Of a stretch of 64,000 nucleotides of DNA, positions 30,380 through 40,844 are shown piece after piece. The stretch's first letter is position 1. Each line of letters opens with the position of its first letter. The DNA comes from Candidatus Latescibacterota bacterium (GTDB lineage Bacteria > Latescibacterota > UBA2968 > UBA8231). The translations under genes were made by a program, and so were the position numbers. Location: the NCBI GenBank assembly GCA_965203355.1, contig OZ241889.1:1024001-1088000 (forward strand), read 5' to 3'. The notes below the pieces were generated by a model. It did not search any database, was not told where the DNA came from, and was given only the letters and a program-made list of their open reading frames with translations.

Positions 30380-32398
30380 CGGGTGCTGCGGAGGCAAGCC
30401 GAACCTTCCATACCGCTCCCGCAAGACTCGCCGCATCACCTTGTTCGACGCGGTCCGCGGCAGCGATTCTACCCCTACTACCTCGTGAATCTTGAACAGC
30501 GGGTTGAGTTCCCGGCGGATGGTCTGCTGCATGGCATCTTGCAAGTGTTCGTCCGCTTCATCCAGCACTGCGAAGATCACCAGCAAGCTCGGCCCACCCC
30601 CTAGCGGTGGCACTGCAATCGCCGCGGTCTCGACCACGCCCGGCATCGCATTCAAGGCGCGCTCGATCTCGGCGGAACTCACCATAATTCCGCCGAGGTT
30701 CATCGCGTCGTCGGCTCGGCCATGGACTCGGTAGATGCCCGGGGCCAGCCGCTCGACTTGGTCGCCGTGGCGACGCAGTGGCACTTCGTCTCGTTTGGGT
30801 ACGCCCGCGTAGTACACCTCGTGGTGGTCGCGGTTGAGCACCCGCGTTGACATGCCAATGGCGGGCGGCACCAGAAAGCCCTCGCCGCTTGCACCCTCCT
30901 GTCCGTCTTCGTCCAAAATCACCAGATCCGTTCCCAGTGCTGCCGAATTGAAGGTCGCGGGGGCGACCGGCTCGACCAGCGTGCTGAGCAAGTAGCCGCC
31001 CGCCAGCTCGGTGCCGCCGCAGTATTCGAGGATGGGCCGATACCCCGCCAGCGCCATCAGATAGTGCATGTCCTCGGGATTGGAGCACTCTCCGGTAGTA
31101 CTGAAAGCTCGAATCGCCGAAAAATCGATTCCCTCCATGCAGCCCGTACTGCGCCAAGTCCGCACCATGCTCGGAATGACGCCGAGCATGGTAACGCCCG
31201 CCGCCTGTACGAATTCCCCAAAGCCCCGCTCGGTCGGCGTACCGTAGTAGAGTGCCATCGTTGCCCGGTTTAAAAAGGCCGCGTAAATCAGCCACGGCCC
31301 CATCATCCAGCCCAAATTGGTCGGCCAAGCAACCACATCGCCTCGGTGGACATCTTGGTGATAATGCGCGTCTGCTCCGCACTTGATCGGGTTGACATGC
31401 GTCCAGGGGAGGGCCTTGGGCTCGCCGGTAGTGCCCGATGAAAACAGGACATTGGTCGTCTCGTCGGGGCCGCAGGCTGCGGCCGCCGATATAGCGTCAG
31501 CTTGCAAGAATTGGTCCCAGCGCAGATCCCCGGGACGCAACGCTCCGGCCAACCCTTCCACGCGCCCCGGCAATACAATTGCCAACGGAGCCTCCGCGGC
31601 GACCAAGCGCGAATACAGCGGCAACTCGCGCCCACCGCGCAAAATCGCGTCTTGGGTAAAAACGGCCTTGGCCTCCCCAATCCGCAGCCGAGCGGCCATC
31701 TGGGGGGCGGCGAAACTGTCGGCAATCGCCACCACCGCGCAACCAACCTTGATGATCCCCAGATAGATCGCCACCGACTCGGCCGTCATCGGCATGGCCA
31801 CGGCAATCCGGTCGCCGGGGCCAAATCCCAATGCGAGCAACCCTCCGCCGACCCGGTCGCACAGGGCTTCTAATTGGCCGAAGCTCATCCGCTCAGGCAG
31901 GCCCCCTTCGCGCTGGAAGATAATGGCCGTCTGAGCGGCCGGCTCCTGAAAGCAACTCTCGGCGATGTTCATTTCGGATCCGACAAACCACTGCGGTGCT
32001 TCGACGCCTTGAGACAGATCGAGAAGCCGGGCGTATGGCTTGCGGAAGCGGATTCCCAAGCGGGCGACCGTCCGCTGCCAAAACGCCTCTCGCTCTGCAA
32101 CCGACCACGCAAAGAGTGCGGCGTGGGAATCCAAACCGAGCTCGCGCCGCAGGGCTGTCATATGCGCGTGCTCAATGTCTGCTGGCTCGGGGAAAAACAC
32201 CGGGCCGCCCGCGCTGCCGTAGATTGCCCGATAGAGCAATTGGTGCAGCGCAAAGGGATGATCGGGCCGGAGAATGCAGCGGGCGGCCTCCCGCCAGCGT
32301 GCTTCCGGCGCGCCGGAGAGGGCTTCGATTTGGGCGAGGAGCTTGGCGGCTTCGGGCTCGCCTATCCCGCAGCCGATGATGTCTGCGCGTTGGATCAT
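30368..32398 (-). CDS. AMP-dependent acyl-CoA synthetase (acetyl-CoA synthetase-like)
   Basis: FSSGTTGEPK, WPTNLGWMMGP, YCGGTE, GRADD, LPRTASNK. Confidence 0.9.
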   Translation of the reverse strand: MIQRADIIGCGIGEPEAAKLLAQIEALSGAPEARWREAARCILRPDHPFALHQLLYRAIYGSAGGPVFFPEPADIEHAHMTALRRELGLDSHAALFAWSVAEREAFWQRTVARLGIRFRKPYARLLDLSQGVEAPQWFVGSEMNIAESCFQEPAAQTAIIFQREGGLPERMSFGQLEALCDRVGGGLLALGFGPGDRIAVAMPMTAESVAIYLGIIKVGCAVVAIADSFAAPQMAARLRIGEAKAVFTQDAILRGGRELPLYSRLVAAEAPLAIVLPGRVEGLAGALRPGDLRWDQFLQADAISAAAACGPDETTNVLFSSGTTGEPKALPWTHVNPIKCGADAHYHQDVHRGDVVAWPTNLGWMMGPWLIYAAFLNRATMALYYGTPTERGFGEFVQAAGVTMLGVIPSMVRTWRSTGCMEGIDFSAIRAFSTTGECSNPEDMHYLMALAGYRPILEYCGGTELAGGYLLSTLVEPVAPATFNSAALGTDLVILDEDGQEGASGEGFLVPPAIGMSTRVLNRDHHEVYYAGVPKRDEVPLRRHGDQVERLAPGIYRVHGRADDAMNLGGIMVSSAEIERALNAMPGVVETAAIAVPPLGGGPSLLVIFAVLDEADEHLQDAMQQTIRRELNPLFKIHEVVGVESLPRTASNKVMRRVLRERYGRFGLPPQHPLAE

Positions 32399-32690
32399 GA
32401 TGCCACGGCCGCTAGCACGCTCCAGCTCAATTCCGCCGGAGGAAGGCAGCGAATCTCGTCACATGCCTGATATTGGATCAAGAAGCGCAAATAGCCCGTC
32501 GTCCCAGCCAAGTCCGCCCACAGCGCGACCTCATCCTCGTACACTGAGAGCGTCTCGCGGGCCAAGTCTAGCGGCCAATCCGCATTGAGCGTCAGCGAGG
32601 TGGGAATGAGCAAGTCTCCCGAGGGAGGTTGGCGTTGATGTGCCAGCCCGGGCGGACGGCCATGGCAAAAGCCTCGCCCGCCACGGGCTG
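32395..32690 (-). pseudogene. Frameshifted remnant of a DsbD N-terminal (nDsbD-like) domain
   Basis: AGEAFAMAVRPGWHINAN in one frame, then (PPSG)DLLIPTSL..YQACDEIRCLPP in another; 1-nt deletion near 32627; in-frame stop immediately upstream. Confidence 0.65.
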
Positions 32691-32710
32691 TTAGCGAATC
32701 GGCTTAGGGG

Positions 32711-33748
32711 CTATCCGACCATTTCTTGGGTCGTCTCCACCACGTATTTGACGTCTGCTAACTTCACGTGTCGGTTGGCCACCAGCCGCGCCCCGTGCGG
32801 CGGACGCGGATTGCACAACACGCCCCGCGCCTTCCATCGGGCCACCAGATCGGCCGCCGACCAGCCCAAGGCCGCAAAATCCACCTTGAGGATGTTGGTC
32901 GGTCGCGGTGGGAAAATCACCTCCACGCCCTCGATTGCGCCCAGCCCCTCGGCCAATGCCCGCGCCACTGCGTGATCTTCGGCCAGCCGATCTACCATCT
33001 GCTCTAGGGCTACGACGCCAGCCGCGGCCACGACTCCGGCTTGGCGCATGGCGCCGCCGAGCCGCTTGCGCATCCGATAGGCCCGATCGATAAAGTCCCG
33101 GCTACCGCACAGCAGCGAGCCGACCGGTGCGCTCAGCCCCTTGGAGATGCAGAACATCACCGAGTCAACGTGCTGAGTGTATTCTGGTACCGTCGTCCCG
33201 GTGGCGATGGCGGCGTTAAAAATGCGCGCCCCATCTACGTGTAGTTTTAGCCCATGTTCGCGGCAGGCGGTACTCACCGCAGCCACCTCGGCGACCGACC
33301 AAGCGTGGCCGGCGTGGTTGTTGTGGGTGTTTTCGATGCAGACGACCTTGAGCGGGGCAAAGTGCGGGTTGTCGGCGCGGATGGCTTCGCGTACTTGGTC
33401 GGCGGCGATAACGCCGTGCTCGCCAGCCACGATGCGGGCGGATAGCCCGGCGAGCGAGGCGTAGGTTCCGGCCTCCCAGTAGTACAAGTGAGCCTGCTGC
33501 TCAAAGAGCACTTCGTCGCCCCAGTGGGTGTGGGTCATCAAGGCGCAGGCATTGCCCATAGTACCCGAAGGCACGTAGAGTGCGGCTTCCATGCCCACCT
33601 TTTCGGCCGCCAATTCTTGCAGGCGGTTGACCGATGGATCTTCGCCGTACACATCGTCGCCCAATGGCGCGCAGGCCATGGCCTCTCGCATGGCCTCAGT
33701 CGGCAGGGTAATCGTGTCGCTGCGCAGGTCTATTGTCTTGTCGCTCAT
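32711..33748 (-). CDS. ltaE: Low-specificity L-threonine aldolase
   Basis: [48 protein letters not shown]. Confidence 0.93.
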   Translation of the reverse strand: MSDKTIDLRSDTITLPTEAMREAMACAPLGDDVYGEDPSVNRLQELAAEKVGMEAALYVPSGTMGNACALMTHTHWGDEVLFEQQAHLYYWEAGTYASLAGLSARIVAGEHGVIAADQVREAIRADNPHFAPLKVVCIENTHNNHAGHAWSVAEVAAVSTACREHGLKLHVDGARIFNAAIATGTTVPEYTQHVDSVMFCISKGLSAPVGSLLCGSRDFIDRAYRMRKRLGGAMRQAGVVAAAGVVALEQMVDRLAEDHAVARALAEGLGAIEGVEVIFPPRPTNILKVDFAALGWSAADLVARWKARGVLCNPRPPHGARLVANRHVKLADVKYVVETTQEMVG

Positions 33749-33835
33749 GCGAATAGGCTCCTCAATTGACGCTGTATTGTACGCGCCCTACATTAGGCGG
33801 TCGCAAAATCTACAAACCACAAGGAGTTGCGTCCA

Positions 33836-35470
33836 ATGGCCTTTTCCTCTAAGGGCACCACGCACCGCAGCACCGCCACGGGCCGGCGCGGCATGATCGC
33901 TTCGGCGCATCCACTCGCTTCTCTGGCGGGTATGCGCATTCTGATGGAGGGGGGCAATGCCATTGACGCGGCCATTGCCACAGCCGCCGCGCTCAACGTG
34001 GTTGAGCCGTACATGTCGGGCATTGGCGGCGTCGGCTATCTACACATTTACAGTGCCCGCGAAAAAGAGCACAAGATCGTCGATTACGTTGGTCTCACGC
34101 CACGGGCCGCCGCGCTGAGCCTGTACGACAGCAACGACAAACAGGGGATCGGCCCCCTTTCGCCGCTGGTGCCTGGTGCTTGCGGCGGGTGGCTGGCCGC
34201 GCTGGATCGCTACGGCTCGATGGACGCGGCGCGCGTTTTTGCTCCGGCCATTGAGTACGCCGAGCAGGGCTATGCCCTCACGGTCAAGAACGCCTATTTC
34301 TACGCGGGTGCGGCCCCAAGCCTGCGCCGCTTCAAGACCGGTGCCGACACCTACCTGCTCGATGGCGCGGCCCCCGAGCCTGGCGAAGTGGTGAGGCAAA
34401 AGGCCCTCGCCGAGACCTTCCGCCAAGTGGCGGCCGAGGGCGCGGATGTCTTTTACCAAGGCGCGATTGCCGACCACATCGTTCGCTGTATGGAGGAGAC
34501 CGGCGGCCTGATTACAAAAGAAGACCTCGCTGATTTTGCGCCGGCATTCATCGACCCGATCTCCATCCACTATCGCGGTCGTGAGGTTTTTGCGCCGCCG
34601 CCGCCCTGCCAGGCTGTGCAGTACTTGGAGACGCTGGCCATCATGGAGGGCTTTGACGTGGCCGACCTCGGCCACAACACCGCCTCGACCTTGCACCGCT
34701 TTATCGAAACGACCAAGCTGGCCATGGCCGACCGCATTGCCTATGCGGCCATTGGCAATCCACCGACCGCCGGTCTGCTGTCGAAGGAATACGCAGCCGA
34801 GCGGCGCGTGCTCATCGGCGATAAAGCCCAGTTTACTGCGGGTGACCACCTCGTGCCCGGCGGCCCGGTTGGGGAGGTCAAAGCGGGTGACCCGCGCGGG
34901 TGGATGAGCGAATGCACGACCCACTTCGACACCATTGACGCCGATGGAAATGCCGTTGCCTGTACCCAGAGCTTGGGCGGCGCCTTTGGTTCGTCCATGG
35001 TAGTGCCGGAAACTGGCATTGCGCTCAACAACTTCATGCGCTGGTTTGACCGCGAGCCGACCAGCCCCAATGTCATTGGTCCGGCCAAGAAAAACGAAAT
35101 GTGCGTCTCGCCGGCCCAGGTTTGGGACGCCGCCGGCCTGCGTCTGCTCATCGGCACTCCGGGGAGCTATGGCATTCTCCAGACGACGCCGCAAATGATT
35201 ATGAACATCCTCGACCACCAGATGAACGTCCAAGCCGCCATTGAGGCCCCGCGCGTCAAGACCGGGAGCGCGGGCTTTATCGTCGATGCTGAAAACCGCA
35301 TTGACCGCGAGGTGGTCGCCGAGTTGGAACGCCGCGGGCACCAGTTCAATTTTCTCGGCGACTGGTCGCCCGGAGTCGGCTGTGGCCAAGGCATCATGGT
35401 CGATGCCGACACGGGTTCCTTTATGGGCGGGGCCGACCCGCGCCGCGACGGCTATGCCCTCGGTTGGTAA
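33836..35470 (+). CDS. ggt: Gamma-glutamyltransferase family protein (no signal peptide)
   Basis: [17 protein letters not shown], nucleophile [16 protein letters not shown]. Confidence 0.92.
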   Translation: MAFSSKGTTHRSTATGRRGMIASAHPLASLAGMRILMEGGNAIDAAIATAAALNVVEPYMSGIGGVGYLHIYSAREKEHKIVDYVGLTPRAAALSLYDSNDKQGIGPLSPLVPGACGGWLAALDRYGSMDAARVFAPAIEYAEQGYALTVKNAYFYAGAAPSLRRFKTGADTYLLDGAAPEPGEVVRQKALAETFRQVAAEGADVFYQGAIADHIVRCMEETGGLITKEDLADFAPAFIDPISIHYRGREVFAPPPPCQAVQYLETLAIMEGFDVADLGHNTASTLHRFIETTKLAMADRIAYAAIGNPPTAGLLSKEYAAERRVLIGDKAQFTAGDHLVPGGPVGEVKAGDPRGWMSECTTHFDTIDADGNAVACTQSLGGAFGSSMVVPETGIALNNFMRWFDREPTSPNVIGPAKKNEMCVSPAQVWDAAGLRLLIGTPGSYGILQTTPQMIMNILDHQMNVQAAIEAPRVKTGSAGFIVDAENRIDREVVAELERRGHQFNFLGDWSPGVGCGQGIMVDADTGSFMGGADPRRDGYALGW

Positions 35471-36607
35471 GTGGTGAGCGCAAACGGTCCCTACCACGTC
35501 GAATTCTCCGGCGTCAGCAAAACCTACGATGGCCGCAACTGGGTCGTGCGGGACCTCGATCTCGACGTGCATAAGGGCGAATTCCTGACCATGCTCGGGC
35601 CGTCTGGCTCCGGCAAGACGACCTGCTTGATGATGCTCGCCGGGTTTGAGACGCCAGCTTCCGGCACCATTCACATCCACGGCGTACCGGTCGGCGATTT
35701 GCCGCCCCACAAGCGCGACATCGGCGTCGTATTTCAAAACTACGCGCTCTTCCCGCACATGACGGTGGGCGGCAACTTGGCGTTTCCACTCGAAGTGCGG
35801 GGCCTAGATCCCAGCGAGCAGCGAGAGCGGGTGGATCGCACCCTGCGCCTCGTGCGCCTCGAAGGCTTGGCGGATCGCCGCCCAGGGCAGCTATCCGGTG
35901 GCCAGCAACAGCGCGTGGCCATCGCGCGCGCCTTGGTCTTCGATCCGGAGCTCGTGTTGATGGACGAGCCACTCGGCGCACTCGACCGCCGCCTGCGCGA
36001 GGAAATGCAATACGAAATCCGCCGCATTCAGCGCACCTTGGGCATAACGGTTGTCTATGTCACGCACGATCAGCAAGAGGCGATGGTCATGTCGGATCGG
36101 GTCGCTGTCTTTCGCGGCGGCGCGATCGAGCAGGTCGCGTCCCCAGAGGTGCTGTACGAAGAGCCGGAGCGCGCTTTTGTAGCCCATTTCATCGGCGAGA
36201 ACAATCGCCTAAACGGCGTGGTGCGCACGGTTGGCGATGGCGTGTGCGAAGTAGAGGTCGGCGATGCGCTCGTCAAGGCCGTGAGCTTGGGGCAATGTCC
36301 GCCGGAGGCTACCGCGACGGTCGTCGTGCGCCCGGAGCGCGTGAAGCTCTCGCCGAGCGAGGGCCAGCACTCATACGCCAACGAGTTTGACGCTGATGTC
36401 GAGGATATAGCATTTCTCGGCGATCACATACGTCTGCGCCTAAAGCTGTGCGGGCACTCGGGCTTCATCGTCAAGATTGCCAACGTCATGGGCCACGGAG
36501 CGGTGTTGGAAGGAGATAGCATCCGCGTCGGTTGGTCCGTGCTGGACTGCCGGGCGCTGCAACCCGATGCGGTGGCCGACCAGGAGGACCCAGCGGCAAG
36601 TGGTTGA
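35471..36607 (+). CDS. ABC transporter ATP-binding protein (PotA family)
   Basis: GPSGSGKT, FQNYALFPHM, LSGGQQQR, LMDEPL, TOBE-like tail. Confidence 0.92.
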   Translation: MVSANGPYHVEFSGVSKTYDGRNWVVRDLDLDVHKGEFLTMLGPSGSGKTTCLMMLAGFETPASGTIHIHGVPVGDLPPHKRDIGVVFQNYALFPHMTVGGNLAFPLEVRGLDPSEQRERVDRTLRLVRLEGLADRRPGQLSGGQQQRVAIARALVFDPELVLMDEPLGALDRRLREEMQYEIRRIQRTLGITVVYVTHDQQEAMVMSDRVAVFRGGAIEQVASPEVLYEEPERAFVAHFIGENNRLNGVVRTVGDGVCEVEVGDALVKAVSLGQCPPEATATVVVRPERVKLSPSEGQHSYANEFDADVEDIAFLGDHIRLRLKLCGHSGFIVKIANVMGHGAVLEGDSIRVGWSVLDCRALQPDAVADQEDPAASG

Positions 36608-37832
36608 CCGAGTAACAGCACCCACAGGTGAGGCCGCGGCCAAACAGCAGGCGTGGCAGCGGCGCCGCGCCGTCGGATTAACGCTGCCGCTGATCGCCTT
36701 TGTCCTAGTGAGCTTTGTCGCGCCGCTCGGGACCTTACTGGTGCGTAGCGCGTATGATCCGCTAGTCGCGGATGCGTTGCCGGAAACGCTTGCCCTTTTG
36801 CGGACCTGGGACGGGACCAGTGCCTTGGCAGAACCTGTGTATGCCGCGGCCGCACGCGAGTTGTTGCAGGCGCGGGAAGAGCGCACCCTCGGCCAAATTG
36901 CCACGCGCGTCAACCGCATCAAGAGCGGTTTGCGCAGCGTTGTCACGCGCAGTGCGCGCAAGTTGCGCAACGCCAGCGGCGACTCTTGGCGCGAAACCAT
37001 GGTCGGCATCAACGCCGCTTGGGGCGCGCCGGATGTGTGGCTGGCGATTCGCAGTGCTGGAGAGCGGTTCACGTTCCGCCATTATATCAATGCGCTCGAT
37101 CTCATGCGCCAGCCCGATGGCAGCATCGCCCCGCAGCCCGAGGAACGGCGCATTTATCTGCCGCTTTTGTGGCGCACCTTGGCCATTAGCTTGGGTATTT
37201 CCGCGCTGTGCTTGGCCATTGGCTACCCGATTGCCCACCTGATCGCTCACGCACCGCCGCGCCGCGCCAGTCTGCTGTTGTTGCTGGTGTTGGTGCCGTT
37301 TTGGACCTCGCTGCTGGTGCGGACGACAGCTTGGATCGTGCTGCTCCAGACCCAGGGCGTAATCAACAATTTGCTGGTGGCGAGCGGACTGGTCGCGGAC
37401 GACGGTCGCATCCCCATGATATACAACATGACCGGCACGTTTGTGGCGATGACCCACGTGTTGTTGCCCTTCATGGTGCTGCCGCTGTACTCGGTGATGC
37501 GTTCGATTCCGCGTTCGCACCTACGGGCCGCGTCCTCTCTCGGCGCGACTCCCTTTCAGGCGTTCTGGCGCGTCTATTGGCCGCAAACCTTGCCCGGGGT
37601 TGGCGCTGGATCGCTGATGGTGTTCATCCTCGCCATTGGCTACTACATCACGCCGGCGCTGGTCGGTGGGAGCAAGGGCCAGCTTATTTCCAATATGATC
37701 GCCTATCACATGCAGACCTCGCTCAACTGGGGGCTCGCCGCCGCGCTCGCCGCCATCTTGCTCGTGGGCATCATCGCGCTGTACGTGCTCTACGACCGCG
37801 TGGTGGGCCTTGACCGCATGAGGCTGGGCTGA
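36600..37832 (+). CDS. ABC transporter permease (PotB family, extended periplasmic loop)
   Basis: PFWTSLLVR, HVLLPFM.LP.YS, LGATP..AFWRVYWPQTLPG; GTG start 36600. Confidence 0.88.
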   Translation: MVDRVTAPTGEAAAKQQAWQRRRAVGLTLPLIAFVLVSFVAPLGTLLVRSAYDPLVADALPETLALLRTWDGTSALAEPVYAAAARELLQAREERTLGQIATRVNRIKSGLRSVVTRSARKLRNASGDSWRETMVGINAAWGAPDVWLAIRSAGERFTFRHYINALDLMRQPDGSIAPQPEERRIYLPLLWRTLAISLGISALCLAIGYPIAHLIAHAPPRRASLLLLLVLVPFWTSLLVRTTAWIVLLQTQGVINNLLVASGLVADDGRIPMIYNMTGTFVAMTHVLLPFMVLPLYSVMRSIPRSHLRAASSLGATPFQAFWRVYWPQTLPGVGAGSLMVFILAIGYYITPALVGGSKGQLISNMIAYHMQTSLNWGLAAALAAILLVGIIALYVLYDRVVGLDRMRLG

Positions 37833-38641
37833 TGTTGGGGCGGTGGGTCTATCTCGCGTTCTGCACGGCGGCGTTTGTCTTCTTGGTCGCGCCGATTTTG
37901 GTGATCGTGCCGCTCAGCTTCAATGCGGAGCCGTATTTTACGTTTACCGAGGGCATGTTGCGACTCGACCCAGCGGCCTATTCGCTGCGTTGGTACCGCA
38001 GCATCTTTGAAGATGGCGTATGGACCCGTGCCTTAGTCAACAGCTTGGTCATCGGCGTCTCGGCGACGCTACTGGCGACCTCGCTTGGCACCCTTGCGGC
38101 CCTCGGACTAGCGAATTCCGCCATGCCCGCTCGGCGGGCGGTGATGGGGCTGTTGATCTCGCCGATGATCACGCCGGTCATCATCGCCGCGGTGGGGATG
38201 TTCTTCTTTTACTCCAGGCTTGGCTTGGCTCAGACTCACCTCGGCATAATCCTCGCCCATGCCGTGCTCGGGGTGCCGTTTGTGGTGATTACCGTAACCG
38301 CCACGCTGTCGAGCTTTGACCGGAACTTGATGCGGGCCGCCGCCAGCCTCGGCGCGGGGCCGCTGTGCAGCTTCTGGCGCGTACAGTTGCCGCTCATCGC
38401 ACCTGGCGTGGCTTCGGGCGGGCTGTTCGCTTTTGCCGCTTCCTTTGACGAGGTCGTGGTGGTGCTGTTCATGGGCGGCCTAGAGCAGCGCACCATCCCG
38501 CGGCAGATGTGGGCGGGCATTCGCGAGCAAATCAGCCCTACCATCCTCGCGGTGGCGACCTTTCTCATTGCCTTTGCCGTGTTGGTTCTGTTTACGGTGG
38601 AATGGCTGCGCCGCCGCGGAGGCCAAACGCCCGCAAGCTGA
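37832..38641 (+). CDS. ABC transporter permease (PotC family)
   Basis: SLRWY, AAASLGA, SFDEVVV, TIPRQMW. Confidence 0.9.
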   Translation: MLGRWVYLAFCTAAFVFLVAPILVIVPLSFNAEPYFTFTEGMLRLDPAAYSLRWYRSIFEDGVWTRALVNSLVIGVSATLLATSLGTLAALGLANSAMPARRAVMGLLISPMITPVIIAAVGMFFFYSRLGLAQTHLGIILAHAVLGVPFVVITVTATLSSFDRNLMRAAASLGAGPLCSFWRVQLPLIAPGVASGGLFAFAASFDEVVVVLFMGGLEQRTIPRQMWAGIREQISPTILAVATFLIAFAVLVLFTVEWLRRRGGQTPAS

Positions 38642-38725
38642 GCGTGGTTGGCTGCTTGCTTAGCGGAATGAGCGGTCTATATTTTTCGTCAGACGCAGAC
38701 GCAAAACTAGTAAACGAGGTAATCC

Positions 38726-39379
38726 ATGCTGAGATTCGCCGAAGAAATCATGCTTCTTTTACTCGACGATGAAGATGGGAGCTTCGCCCGAGTTCCCGAC
38801 CGGGTGGTGCGCTACGCCTTGGGTGGTGGAGTGCTGATGGAACTGGCGCTGGCAGACCGCATCGACACGGATTTGGACAAGCTGGTCCTCGTCGATGGTA
38901 CTCCCTTGCAAGACAGCCTGATTGACCCGACGCTGAGCGACATTGCCGCGGCGACCGAAACGCACGATACGCGCTACTGGCTGGAACGCACGGCCGCCCG
39001 CGCCGACGAGATTCGCGAGGGTGCGCTCCGTCGGCTGGTGCAAAAGGGCATTCTCGCGCGCGAGGAAGGGCGCTTCCTGTGGGTGTTTCGCTCGCGGCGC
39101 TATCCGGCCCTCGATGGCAAGGCCGAGCAAGAGGTCAAGCTGCGCATCATGGAGGTGCTGTTTAGCGATAAAATCCCCGACCCCCGCGACGTGGTCTTTA
39201 TCTGCCTGGCGGACGCTTGCGGAATCTTCGAAAACCTCTTGGCCAGCCGCGAGTTGGCCCGCGCAACGGGCCGCATCGAACAGGTGCGCAAGCTGGACTT
39301 GATTGGCCAAGAGATGACCAAGGCCATTTGGGACATTGAAGCGTCGCTGGCCCTCGCCATGCCGCCGCACATGTATTAA
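38726..39379 (+). CDS. GPP34 (GOLPH3/Vps74-like) family protein
   Basis: EEIMLLLLDD..G, ALGGGVLMELAL..RI, LVQKGIL..EE.RFLWVF..RRYP. Confidence 0.85.
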   Translation: MLRFAEEIMLLLLDDEDGSFARVPDRVVRYALGGGVLMELALADRIDTDLDKLVLVDGTPLQDSLIDPTLSDIAAATETHDTRYWLERTAARADEIREGALRRLVQKGILAREEGRFLWVFRSRRYPALDGKAEQEVKLRIMEVLFSDKIPDPRDVVFICLADACGIFENLLASRELARATGRIEQVRKLDLIGQEMTKAIWDIEASLALAMPPHMY

Positions 39380-39400
39380 ACGCTTGTCATATTCAAAATA

Positions 39401-39445
39401 AAAAAGGCGCGGGAAGCACAGAATGTGTGCTCTTCGCGCCTTTTT
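39401..39445. terminator. Bidirectional Rho-independent terminator
   Basis: aaaaaggcgcg..gcaca/tgtgc..cgcgccttttt between convergent genes. Confidence 0.75.
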
Positions 39446-39461
39446 CGTGCCGTGCGATACG

Positions 39462-40841
39462 TCAATCTTCGTAGTAAACCCCAAATAGAATCATCATCTC
39501 GTCTGTTGAAAACAAACCGAAGTTAATCTCTCGGTCGGTCGTGTTGTCATAGGTGGTTTCTAACTTGAAGCCCGCTCCTCGCTCTAGGACGAGCGGCGGA
39601 TCGAATCTCAGGATCGGCGGGTGTTCCCAGTCGTAAGCGACATAGATAAGCTCGCCATCGCGCGCGCCGCCGATCATTTCGACCCGGAATTCCACCATGA
39701 GCTGATGCGCGTGCGAGACTAGCTGCACAATGTGAGTCCGCTCGGAAAAGGTAAAATCCTTCGTTAGGGTCGTCACCTTCCTCGCCGGCAGGGAAATATC
39801 GAGGTTGTTCAAAGAAAAAAGACGCGCCTCGTGCTCGACTTCAGCAGGGTCGGCAAAGTGCAAGTTGGCATAGACCTCGCCGGTAACGGGCCGACTGGTG
39901 CGATTGACGTAGTGCGAGTTGAGGTCGAGCAGGGTGTTCTTGGGTAGCCGCATCGCCACGCCGGGCGGCAGGGAGAAGTCGAAGAAAGGCCATTGGCTAC
40001 CGGCGATTGGCAGGTGGTAAAATTGCGTGAGTACCGTTGTAACGACGTACTGCCCGGTCCCATCGTGCAACTCGCGATATTCGTAGGGTTCGGGCATGCG
40101 CTCGGGGGGTATGTCGTCTTGGAAGGTGTAGAGCAGGAAGTGGTGCGAGCCGGACTTCATGGAGATTTGGACGCGCTCTACGAATACATCGTCTTGGTTG
40201 TTCAGCGGATGCACGACGAAAATTTCGCGCTCAGTGTTGGGCTGGACTTCAAAGGGCGGCAAGTGTAGCTGGATCCCGTTTTCCGGCTTGGCTAGCGGTT
40301 CAAACGCCGGCACTTCATAGCGCGACTCGTCCGCCAAGAGGGCGGGGTCGGCCACGTGCCCGGTCTCTGGTGCGCCAGCCTCGATCCACGCGCGGATAAA
40401 AGCCAACTCGCCGTTGGTCAGCGGCTTGCCGCCAAAGGGCATAAGCTCCCCGTAGTAGGGATGGTCGCCGTAGAAATGCTGCTGGTCGAGCGCGTTGATT
40501 TTCTCCCACAAATAGCTCTTGAGGAGCCCGGGCATGCCTTGCCCGAGATCGCTGACCCGCATCAGCCCATCGGCGGCCGCCGCCGCATTGGTCGGAGTGG
40601 CTCCCACGAGCTGTTCGTAGGCCACATCCGGGGTGAGCACCAGGCCCGACTGACGCCCAAACGAGGTCCCGGCCGCGTGGCAACTGACGCATTGGCCAGC
40701 GAAAATGTCCGTTTGGATAATGTCCCAAGTCGAATCGGCCGCGTACCTGGTCGTTTGCACCGGCCCTGGACCGTCGGCACTACAGCCGACAAAAATCGAG
40801 CCTATGAGCAAGCAGCGGCGGATTGCGCTAGATGCGGACAT
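39462..40841 (-). CDS. Lipoprotein: c-type cytochrome domain plus PHM/DBH-type copper monooxygenase-like domain
   Basis: Lipobox FVG-C; CVSCH heme motif and MP..G; SHH, LNSHY, SHAH, DEMM candidate Cu ligands. Confidence 0.7.
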   Translation of the reverse strand: MSASSAIRRCLLIGSIFVGCSADGPGPVQTTRYAADSTWDIIQTDIFAGQCVSCHAAGTSFGRQSGLVLTPDVAYEQLVGATPTNAAAAADGLMRVSDLGQGMPGLLKSYLWEKINALDQQHFYGDHPYYGELMPFGGKPLTNGELAFIRAWIEAGAPETGHVADPALLADESRYEVPAFEPLAKPENGIQLHLPPFEVQPNTEREIFVVHPLNNQDDVFVERVQISMKSGSHHFLLYTFQDDIPPERMPEPYEYRELHDGTGQYVVTTVLTQFYHLPIAGSQWPFFDFSLPPGVAMRLPKNTLLDLNSHYVNRTSRPVTGEVYANLHFADPAEVEHEARLFSLNNLDISLPARKVTTLTKDFTFSERTHIVQLVSHAHQLMVEFRVEMIGGARDGELIYVAYDWEHPPILRFDPPLVLERGAGFKLETTYDNTTDREINFGLFSTDEMMILFGVYYED

Positions 40842-40844
40842 CGG

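Noticed and set aside
34040-35758. 572-aa ORF antisense to ggt/potA, and similar long shadow ORFs at 2297-3379, 20334-21179 and 49445-50761
   Set aside because: They lie antisense to well-supported genes, have no recognisable motifs and are expected in GC-rich DNA.
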